64,000 nucleotides of DNA from Heptranchias perlo. Lineage: Eukaryota. The DNA lies in contig NC_090345.1 in assembly GCF_035084215.1 (NCBI RefSeq), forward strand, positions 48,608,001 to 48,672,000, read 5' to 3'. Shown here in pieces: positions 54,110 to 64,000 of the stretch. The notes beneath the pieces are model-generated. The model saw only the letters and a program-made list of their open reading frames with translations. It ran no database searches and was not told where the DNA came from. Each line of letters starts with the position of its first letter. Position 1 is the stretch's first letter. The position numbers were made by a program, and so were the translations under genes.

Positions 54110-55905
54110 TGGGATTGCTGCGGCGATTGCTGCGTCGATTGCTGCGGCGATTGCTGCGTCGATTGCTGCGTCGATTGCTGCGGCGATTGCTGCCTCGATT
54201 GCTGCGGTGATTGCTGCGTCGATTGCTGCCTCGATTGCTGCGGTGATTGCTGCGGTAATTGCTGCGGTGATTGCTGCCTCGATTGCTGCGGTGATTGCTG
54301 CATCGATTGCTGCCTCGATTGCTGCAGTGATTGCTGCGGTGATTGCTGCGGTGATTGCTGCATCGATTGCTGCGGTGATTGCTGCGTCGATTGCTGCGTC
54401 GATTGCTGCGGTGATTGCTGCCTCGATTGCTGCGGTGATTGCTGCCTCGATTTCTGCGTCGATTGCTGCAGTGATTGCTGCCTCGATTGCTGCATCGATT
54501 GCTGCGTCGATTGCTGCGGTGATTGCTGCCTCGATTGCTGCGGTGATTGCTGCCTCGATTGCTGCGTCGATTGCTGCGGTGATTGCTGCGTCGATTGCTG
54601 CGTCGATTGCTGCGTTGATTGCTGCGGTAATTGCTGCGTCGATTGCTGCGTCGATTGCTGCGGTGATTGCTGCGTCGATTGCTGCGTCGATTGCTGCGTC
54701 GTTTGCTGCGGTGATTGCTGCCTCGATTGCTGCGGTGATTGCTGCCTCGATTGCTGCGGTGATTGCTGCCTCGATTGCTGCGGTGATTGCTGCGGTGATT
54801 GCTGCGTCGATTGCGGCGGTGATTGCTGCGGTGATTGCTGCGTCGATTGCTGCGTCGATTGCTGCGTCGTTTGCTGCGGTGATTGCTGCCTCGATTGCTG
54901 CGTCGATTGCTGCGGTGATTGCTGCCTCGATTGCTGCGGTGATTGCTGCGTCGATTGCTGCGTCGATGGCTGCGTCGATTGCTGCGGTGATTGCTGCGTC
55001 GATTGCTGCGTCGATTGCTGCGTCGTTTGCTGCGGTGATTGCTGCCTCGATTGCTGCGTCGATTGCTGCGGTGATTGCTGCCTCGATTGCTGCGTCGATT
55101 GCTGCGGTGATTGCTGCGTCGATTGCTGCGTCGATTGCTGCGTCGATGGCTGCGTCGATTGCTGCGTCGATTGCTGCGTCGATTGCTGCGTCGATTGCTG
55201 CGGTGATTGCTGCGTCGATTGCTGCGGTGATTGCTGCGTCGTTTGCAGCGGTGATTGCTGCGGTGATTGCTGCGTCGATTGCTGCGGTGATTGCTGCGGT
55301 GATTGCTGCGTCGATTGCTGCGGTGATTGCTGCGTCGTTTGCAGCGGTGATTGCTGCGGTGATTGCTGCGTCGATTGCTGCGGTGATTGCTGCGTCGATT
55401 GCTGCGTCGATAGCTGCGTCGATAGCTGCGTCGATTGCTGCGGTGATTGCTGCGTCGATTGCTGCGGTGATCGCTGCGTCGATTGCTGCGGTGATTGCTG
55501 CGTCGATTGCTGCGGTGATTGCTGCGTCGATTGCTGCGGTGATTGCTGCTTCGATTGCTGCCTCGATTGCTGCGTCGATTGCTTCGTCGAATGAAGTGTC
55601 GAGTTTCATTATCTGCTCATCAAGGTTTGTCTTCTCATCAAAGTTCTTTGTCTTCTCATTGAGGTTTTTCTCTTCGTCAAAGTTCAGAAGCAAAGTATTG
55701 AAGTGCTCATTGATGGAGGAGCTCACACCGCAGTAATTGTTCAACTGTTCCTCCTGCAACTGTTGATTGTTGAAACTGTTACAATGTCCTATCTTTATAT
55801 GATTCTGAGCGAATAGGGTGTGATCCAAGTTACGAGCAGTGCCATCTTGGCCACTCACCCATCGTTGTATTAATGATTGATGGTTGGTTGGACCACTCGA
55901 GAATC

Positions 55906-58037
55906 GTGTGAATCCACTGTATCAACTTCTCCCTGTGAATCCACTGTATCTACTTCTCCCTGTGAATCCACTGTATCTACTTCTCTGTGTGAATCCACTG
56001 TATCTACTTCTCCCTGTGAATCCACTGTATCTACTTCTCCCTTATGAATCCACTGTATCTACTTCTCCCTGTGAATCCACTGTATCTACTTCTCTGTGTG
56101 AATCCACTGTATCCACTTCTCCCTGTGAACCCACTGTATCTTCTCCCTGTGAATCCACTGTATCTTCTTCTCCCTGTGAATCCACTGTATCTACTTCTCC
56201 CTGTAAATCCACTGTATCTACTTCTCCCTGTGAATCCACTGTATCTTCTTCTCCCTGTGAATCCACTGTATCTACTTCTCCCTGTGAATCCACTGTATCT
56301 ACTTCTCTGTGTGAATCCACTGTATCTACTTCTCCCTGTGAATCCACTGTATCTACTTCTCCCTTATGAATCCACTGTATCTACTTCTCCCTTATGAATC
56401 CACTGTATCTACTTCTCCCTGTGAATCCACTGTATCTACTTCTCCCTGTGAATCCACTGTATCTACTTCTCCCTGTGAATCCACTGTATCTACTTCTCCC
56501 TGTGAATCCACTGTATCTACTTCTCCCTGTGAATCCACTGTATCTACTTCTCCCTGTGAATCCACTGTATCTACTTCTCCCTGTGAATCCACTGTATCTA
56601 CTTCTCCCTGTGAATCCACTGTATCTACTTCTCCCTGTGAATCCACTGTATCTACTTCTCCCTGTGAATCCACTGTATCTACTTCTCTGTGTGAATCCAC
56701 TGTATCAACTTCTCCCTGTGAATCCACTGTATCTACTTCTCTGTGTGAATCCACTGTATCTACTTCTCCCTGTGAATCCACTGTATCAACTTCTCCCTGT
56801 GAATCCTCTGTATCTACTTCTCCCTGTGAATCCACTGTATCTACTTCTCTGTGTGAATCCACTGTATCTACTTCTCCCTGTGAATCCACTGTATCTACTT
56901 CTCCCTGTGAATCCACTGTATCTACTTCTCTGTGTGAATCCACTGTATCCACTTCTCCCTGTGAACCCACTGTATCTTCTCCCTGTGAATCCACTGTATC
57001 TTCTTCTCCCTGTGAATCCACTGTATCTACTTCTCCCTGTGAATCCACTGTATCTTCTTCTCCCTGTGAATCCACTGTATCTACTTCTCCCTGTGAATCC
57101 ACTGTATCTACTTCTCCCTGTGAATCCACTGTATCTACTTCTCTGTGTGAATCCACTGTATCAACTTCTCCCTGTGAATCCACTGTATCTACTTCTCCCT
57201 GTGAATCCACTGTATCTACTTCTCCGTGTGAATCCACTGTATCTACTTCTCTGTGTGAATCCACTGTATCTACTTCTCTGTGTGAATCCACTGTATCTAC
57301 TTCTCCCTGTGAATCCACTGTATCTTCTTCTCCGTGTGAATCCACTGTATCTACTTCTCCCTGTGAATCCACTGTATCTTCTTCTCCCTGTGAATCCACT
57401 GTATCTACTTCTCCCTGTGAATCCACTGTATCTTCTCTGTGTGAATCCACTGTATCTACTTCTCCCTGTGAATCCACTGTATCTTCTTCTCCGTGTGAAT
57501 CCACTGTATCTACTTCTCCCTGTGAATCCACTGTATCTACTTCTCCCTGTGAATCCACTGTATCTACTTCTCCCTGTGAATCCACTGTATCTACTTCTCC
57601 CTGTGAATCCACTGTATCTTCTTCTCCCTGTGAATCCACTGTATCAACTTCTCCCTGTGAATCCACTGTATCTACTTCTCCCTGTGAATCCACTGTATCT
57701 TCTTCTCCCTGTGAATCCACTGTATCTTCTTCTCCCTGTGAATCCACTGTATCTTCTTCTCCCTGTGAATCCACTGTATCTACTTCTCCCTGTGAATCCA
57801 CTGTATCTACTTCTCCCTGTGAATCCACTGTATCTACTTCTCCCTGTGAATCCACTGTATCTTCTTCTCCCTGTGAATCCACTGTATCTACTTCTCCCTG
57901 TGAATCCACTGTATCTACTTCTCCCTGTGAATCCACTGTATCTACTTCTCCCTGTGAATCCACTGTATCTACTTCTCCGTGTGAATCCACTGTATCGACT
58001 TCTCCCTGTGAATCCACTGTATCTACTTCTCCCTGTG
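55906..58037. repeat. 27-bp minisatellite (GTGAATCCACTGTATCTACTTCTCCCT)n, ~79 copies, inside the 5' LTR
   Basis: Unit read directly; single copy in the 3' LTR at ~42473-42499. Confidence 0.98.
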
Positions 58038-58439
58038 AGTCCAGGTGCATTTTAAGGAGCTGTTTTGTTTTGAGAACGGACGTTATTAGAGCCTTCTCGA
58101 AGCTTCCCTACAGCTGTCGTCTTATCAGTTGTTTGTCCTTTGCAATTGTTGTATGACCTGAAGACCAGTTTAAACTCTCTCGAAGCTTCTCGAAGTTGAT
58201 TACATCTTCTGTCTTTCATGCTTATCAGTTGTTATTGAAAACCGCAGCTTCTGGAAGTTTTGTACTTTGCTGCTTTCGCAGTTTTAAACTGATGTCCAAA
58301 TGTCCAGTTTTGAACTGCATGCACTTTGCAGGTTTGAATTTATACTGTCCAAATTTCCAAATGTTCCAGGGGCAAGTTAACCCTTGCTTTCACACGTACT
58401 GTCCAAGTGAATGTCCAAAGCCTTAAAGGGACTCATTAA

Positions 58440-59283
58440 ACCTGATTCGTCAGGTAGGTTTTAAGTTCAAAAGAGTAAAATGGGATCTCCAACTCCCCGA
58501 TGTCCCCTCTCCGATCTCCAACTCCCCGATGTCCCCTCTCCGATCTCCAACTCCCCGATGTCCCCTCTCCGATCTCCAACTCCCCGATGTCCTCTCTCCG
58601 ATCTCCAACTCCCCGATGTCCCCTCTCCGATCTCCAACTTCCCGATGTCCTCTCTCCGATCTCCAACTCCCCGATGTCCCCTCTCCGATCTCCAACTCCC
58701 CGATGTCCCCTCTCCGATCTCCAACTCCCCGATGTCCTCTCAACGATCTCCAACTCCCCGATGTCCCCTCTCCGATCTCCAACTCCCCGATGTCCTCTCT
58801 CCGATCTCCAACTCCCCGATGTCCCCTCTCCGATCTCCAACTTCCCGATGTCCTCTCTCCGATCTCCAACTCCCCGATGTCCCCTCTCCGATCTCCAACT
58901 CCCCAATGTTCCCTCTCCAATCTCCAACTCTCGATGTCCAACTCCCCCATTGTTGAGCCCCTGATGACCCCCCCCATAATCGCCAACCCCCCCCCTCGAT
59001 GTTGTCCACATCCCCCCACCTCACCCCCCTCCAATTTTTCTCAAGCCCCGTGAGCTCTCTCTCTCTTTCTCCCACCCCCCTCTCTGATTTGCAGTTCCTT
59101 TCACTGCTGACTGACAGCCAACCTGTCAATCTGGCAGCCGAGCGTGGGAAACCCAGAAGCCACATTAAGGGCCTCCAATTAAGTCGCAATCGCGTGGAAT
59201 GAGGTAAGAATTTTTTCCCCGGGTTTCCCGTGTGCCCATTCCCCACCCCCCCCCCACACCCGCTGAGATCCCACTGCCATGCC
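58440..59283. mobile_element. Partial MITE-like element containing a 29-bp array (CTCCAACTCCCCGATGTCCCCTCTCCGAT)n, ~16 copies at 58483-58950
   Basis: Array read directly; resemblance to 27095-27671; element identity inferred. Confidence 0.6.
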
Positions 59284-61333
59284 CCTGAAGTCTTGAAGGT
59301 TTTTATGGAGAATATCGTTAGGGACTCCATTATCTACACTGAACATACCAAACGCAAGACAGTCACTGAACGTGCCAAACGCAAGACGGTCACTGAACGT
59401 GCCAAACGCAAGACGGTCACTGAACGTGCCAAACGCAAGACGGTCACTGAACATGCCAAACACAAGATGGTCACTGAACGTGCCAAATGCAAGACGGTCA
59501 CTGAACGTGCCAAACACAAGACAGTCACTGAACGTGCCAAATGCAAGACGGTCACTGAACGTGCCAAACACAAGACAGTCACTGAACGTGCCAAATGCAA
59601 GACGGTCACTGAACGTGCCAAACACAAGACGGTCACTGAACGTGCCAAACACAAGACGGTCACTGAACATGCCAAACACAAGATGGTCACTGAACGTGCC
59701 AAATGCAAGACGGTCACTGAACGTGCCAAACACAAGACAGTCACTGAACGTGCCAAACACAAGACGGTCACTGAACATGCCAAACACAAGATGGTCACTG
59801 AACGTGCCAAACACAAGACGGTCACTGAACATGCCAAACACAAGATGGTCACTGAACGTGCCAAATGCAAGATGGTCACTGAACGTGCCAAACACAAGAC
59901 AGTCACTGAACGTGCCAAACACAAGATGGTCACTGAACGTGCCAAACACAAGACGGTCACTGAACATGCCAAACACAAGACCGTCACTGAATATGCCAAA
60001 CACAAGACAGTCACTGAATATGCCAAACGCAAGACATCACTGAACGTGCCAAACGCAAGACAGTCACTGAATATGCCAAACACAAGATAGTCACTGAACA
60101 TGCCAAACGCAAGACATCACTGAACGTGCCAAACGCAAGACAGTCACTGAATATGCCAAACACAAGATAGTCACTGAATATGCCAAATGCAAGACAGTCA
60201 CTGAACATGCCAAACGCAAGACATCACTGAACGTGCCAAAAGCAAGACAGTCACTGAATATGCCAAACGCAAGACAGTCACTGAACATGCCAAACGCAAG
60301 ACATCACTGAACGTGCCAAACGCAAGACAGTCACTGAATATGCCAAATGCAAGACAGTCACTGAACATGCCAAACACAAGATGGTCACTGAACATGCCAA
60401 ACACAAGATGGTCACTGAACGTGCCAAATGCAAGACGGTCACTGAACGTGCCAAACACAAGACGGTCACTGAACGTGCCAAACACAAGACGGTCACTGAA
60501 CGTGCCAAACACAAGACGGTCACTGAACGTGCCAAATGCAAGACGGTCACTGAACGTGCCAAACACAAGACGGTCACTGAACGTGCCAAATGCAAGACAG
60601 TCACTGAACGTGCCAAACACAAGATGGTCACTGAACGTGCCAAACACAAGACGGTCACTGAACATGCCAAACACAAGATGGTCACTGAACATGCCAAACA
60701 CAAGATGGTCACTGAACGTGCCAAATGCAAGACGGTCACTGAACATGCCAAACACAAGACGGTCACTGAACGTGCCAAATGCAAGACGGTCACTGAACAT
60801 GCCAAATGCAAGACAGTCACTGAACGTGCCAAACACAAGACAGTCACTGAACGTGCCAAATGCAAGACAGTCACTGAACGTGCCAAACACAAGATGGTCA
60901 CTGAACGTGCCAAACACAAGACGGTCACTGAACATGCCAAACACAAGATGGTCACTGAACGTGCCAAATGCAAGACGGTCACTGAACATGCCAAACACAA
61001 GACAGTCACTGAACGTGCCAAACACAAGATGGTCACTGAACGTGCCAAACACAAGACGGTCACTGAACATGCCAAACACAAGACCGTCACTGAATATGCC
61101 AAACACAAGACAGTCACTGAATATGCCAAACGCAAGACAGTCACTGAACATGCCAAACGCAAGACATCACTGAACGTGCCAAACGCAAGACAGTCACTGA
61201 ATATGCCAAACACAAGATAGTCACTGAATATGCCAAACGCAAGACAGTCACTGAACATGCCAAATGTAAGACAGTCACTGCCATGGATGTCCTGAAATGG
61301 CAGAGGCGAATCCCCTATAGGTTCGATGGTTGG
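59284..61333 (+). pseudogene. H4: Histone H4 retrocopy, C-terminal part, with internal tandem expansion
   Basis: [26 protein letters not shown]...(array)...[21 protein letters not shown] versus H4 [46 protein letters not shown]. Confidence 0.92.
59337..61280. repeat. 27-bp minisatellite (CACTGAACRTGCCAAAYRCAAGAYRGT)n, ~72 copies, derived from H4 codons TEHAKRKTV
   Basis: Unit read directly; flanked on both sides by H4 coding sequence. Confidence 0.97.
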
Positions 61334-61340
61334 AAAAGAC

Positions 61341-61760
61341 AAGTAGAGTTCATGGAGGGAGACCGGAGGAGAGCTGCAAGGCCTTCATGAGGGGCTGAGT
61401 TATAGGAAATATAATTCATTCTGGGGTTTTACCCTCATGAGAAGCGGAAGATCAGGGGGAACTTGAGAGATAAAACTTTCAGAGATACAGAGAAGCTAGA
61501 TCAGTGAGAGTTCCTCTGTCAGGCACGTGATTCACCCATTAGGAAACACGGGGATAGTTAAAGGTGTCAAAGGAAAATAGGAAATTCAAGCAACTTTTTC
61601 TCAGTAAGAGGGTGATAGAATTGTGAAACAGATTACCAGTCGAAGTGGTAGAACAGAAAACCATGCCAGGTTTAAAAAAGGACAGGATAAATTCCAGTTA
61701 AGAAAGGGGATACAGGGATACTAGTTCGAGAATCACAGTAAGGAACCTGATGGGATGTTT
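61341..61760 (+). mobile_element. Old CR1 fragment, right part
   Basis: Continues the fragment ending at 41774 (VEFMEGDRRRAAR...GLSY, later FFSVRG-like); starts with the second copy of the 13-bp repeat. Confidence 0.75.
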
Positions 61761-61899
61761 GGAAGCTGCCTTTTCCATCCAAAAATTGTCCGTTTCGGTC
61801 CGTTTTTTGGAGTAAAATGGGGCTATGTGGCTTACTGCCACAATCCCACTCCAAAAAACGCATACCAGAATTCTCCTTATAAAATCCACCAGTCACCAT

Positions 61900-62720
61900 T
61901 AGGAAGGTGATACCATGTTCAAGGACTTTGGAGAGGAAAGGGTGGTTAGCGATGGGGCAGTAATTTGCAAGGAAAGAGGAGCTAAGGGTGGGTTTTTTTT
62001 GAGGAGGGGGGTGATGACGGTAGATTTGAAGGGGAGGGGGACAGTACTTGAGGAGAGGGAACCGTTTACCATATCAGCTAACATGGGGGCCAGGAAGGGA
62101 AGTTGGGTGGTCAGCAGTTTGGTAGAAATAGGGTTGAGGGAGCAGGAGGCGGGTCTCATGGTCAAGATGAGCTCGGAGAGGGCATGAGGTGAGATAGGAG
62201 GGAAACTAGAGAAAGATGTGAGACCAGGGTTAGGACGGGGGGAACCGTAGGGGAAGTTTGGCTTGATGGGCTAGGGGAAGGGAGGGAAGCAGCAGAGGCA
62301 GCTGAACGGATGGTCTCAATCTTAGTGACAATGAAGTCCGTGAGCTCCTCGCATTTGTTGTTGGAGGTGGAGGGGGCAGGGGAGAGGTGTTTAAGGAGAT
62401 GGTTTGTAGTGGAGAAGAGAAGCCAGGGGTTATCTTTCTATTCCAGGGTGATCCTGTAGTAGTGAGAAGTTTTTGCAGAGGAAGCAGGGCCAAATAGTGC
62501 TTGATGTGATCCAACCAAATGGGGGCTGTACCAAGGGGAATGACCAGGGTGGGAGAGAGTAAGGGGTTTACTGAGGACAAGAGCATCAAAGGTGGAGGTG
62601 AGGGTGTGGTGGAGCACATCGGTAGCTGCAGAAGTATCATGGCGAATGGACAGCCAAAGGCTAGACAGTTGGGAGTTTGTAGGGGCCGTTGTAAGTGACT
62701 TGGGGAGGAGTTTTTTCCAG
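61900..62720 (-). mobile_element. L2-like LINE ORF2 fragment
   Basis: SCSLNPISTKLL...VPLPFKSTVITPLLKK. Confidence 0.8.
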
Positions 62721-62799
62721 GGGCAGATGCAGAAGGTACAAGATACATGATGTTAACTTGCAGGATTTTATACCTGTGGTCACGTTCTAGCTGCATGTT

Positions 62800-63400
62800 T
62801 AGGGAACGTTATCCCTTTCTGTTGGTGTAAGCGACTGCATTTGCTGCTGGCAATTTAATGACCATGAGTGCAGTGCACAGCCCCTTGTACCCTTGGGAAA
62901 CCTAACACTCTGAAAAAGCCCAATGCCCTCATCTTGAGACGCTGTAGCTATGGAAAATGAAATGAACTGGCCACCTCTAGTCAATAGTGCATTGGTCACC
63001 TACTTGATGCAATGGTGGATGGCTGACTGTAGTATATTACACAGACCCCTGCACCGGACTGGAAGGATCCCGATGCATAAAATGTCAGCACAGTGGGACC
63101 TTTAACTCTGCAGACAGAGTGGTGGCATTCCTTCTCCTCATGAAGGAATGCCAAAAAGAGTGGAATATCCAGAGGTAGTGTCATACGCTCTGGCTCTCCG
63201 AGGGGTAGTCTCCTTTAAGCCTCCCACCCTGAATTCACAGCTTCAGACCACAGTAATATTGAGCCTTAAAAACAGCAATACAATATCTGATGAGACAAAT
63301 CCTCTCCTTACAATAAATCAAAATCTCACCTCACTGAAACAGACGTTTAAATTTGGCGCCTTCCAACATCTATTTAAAGTTATACCCCAAGAGCAGCGCC
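62800..63400 (-). pseudogene. Second degraded Harbinger transposase fragment
   Basis: LTFYASGSFQ, TNALLTRGGQFISF, FPK motifs. Confidence 0.7.
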
Positions 63401-64000
63401 CAGCTGTTCCACTCTAATGGGCCCTGCAATCGGTGTATAAAGAGGCGAGATAACGAAAAATGTCGTGGATGTCATCACACTGTCATTCTGCCCTCATTTG
63501 TATCTCCGTTTCCAGCGGGCCTCGGCAGTGCTGTTCCCAGGGGTTGGCTGGAGACTCAGCACAGAGTTATCTTAAGCCACTTACTATTCACACTCACCAT
63601 TTGTGTATTCATTTTGGGAGACTGGAATATCCAAGCCTAAATATTTTTATGTTGGGACGAGATTTTGCAATACCTTAGACTCTCTGGAACCTCGTTTCAA
63701 ATCCAGCCAATAGGATATGAAAGCCTCCTCCATCTGTTGACTGTAAGGATCCTAAGTAAAATGTGTTGGTCAGTCTTAATCCACTTTCTAATGTGAATGA
63801 GCCCTGACACTAGATTTACACTAAAACTTCACCATCCGTGAAAAGCAAAACTGGTTCACACCGACTCTACAGCTGTACTATAAATGCAACCTCACCATGC
63901 CATGCTTGACCTGGGAGTGTCCGATGCTGACATCTGATGCCAGAAATAAAAAACATTTCCATTCCTCCACTGTTTGTGGGATCTTGGTGGGCACAAAATT

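Larger units (their letters stand above)
50330..55590. repeat. 12-bp minisatellite (GATTGCTGCGTC / GATTGCTGCGGT)n, ~160 copies, split by a LINE
   Basis: Arrays at ~50330-50815 and ~54113-55590. Confidence 0.98.
50072..58435 (-). repeat. 5' LTR, inflated from ~1 kb to ~8.4 kb by two minisatellites and a LINE
   Basis: Homology to the 3' LTR on both sides of the arrays; TATAAA (- strand) at 58339-58344; outer end uncertain (58112 or ~58435). Confidence 0.8.

Noticed and set aside
50324-55736. Ala-rich or Gln-rich antifreeze-like proteins
   Set aside because: A 12-bp array open in several frames, interrupted by a LINE, and nearly absent from the sister LTR.
58436-58453. AAACCTGATTCGTC as the H4 KPAIR continuation after the 5' LTR
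   Set aside because: Too short, needs indels, and no clean ERV target-site duplication.
55884-61342. Repetitive ORFs (CESTVSTSP, VDSQGE, GTFSD, SLNVPN and others)
   Set aside because: Minisatellite translations; only the TEHAKRKTV frame has a coding origin (H4).
63089-63105. AG|CACAGTGGGACCTTTAA would give AQWDL*, like the start of the MYPN last exon
   Set aside because: No pyrimidine tract, immediate stop, and it lies in a Harbinger remnant; probably coincidence.

Overview
Vertebrate genomic DNA, most likely from a cartilaginous fish (inferred from the CR1/L2/Harbinger repeat content, not proven). The + strand carries the 3' part of myopalladin (MYPN): seven GT-AG exons with consistent phases encoding the C-terminal Ig domains (12727-40623), plus a candidate 51-nt upstream exon. 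The last exon lies beyond the window. The introns hold CR1, L2, Harbinger/MITE and Penelope-like remnants and at least seven tandem arrays. Most long ORFs in the track are translations of these arrays. The main structure is a ~19.6-kb nested block (41775-61340) in the last intron. A histone H4 retrocopy, flanked by a 13-bp target-site duplication, sits inside an old CR1. It was split by an env-bearing endogenous retrovirus with lokiretrovirus-like features (LTRs, tRNA-Lys PBS, PPT, gag/RNase H/integrase/env remnants, an LTR-borne ORF). Later came a tRNA-headed LINE, two young CR1 copies, and three minisatellites whose seed sequences are still identifiable. One of these arrays grew out of the H4 coding sequence.
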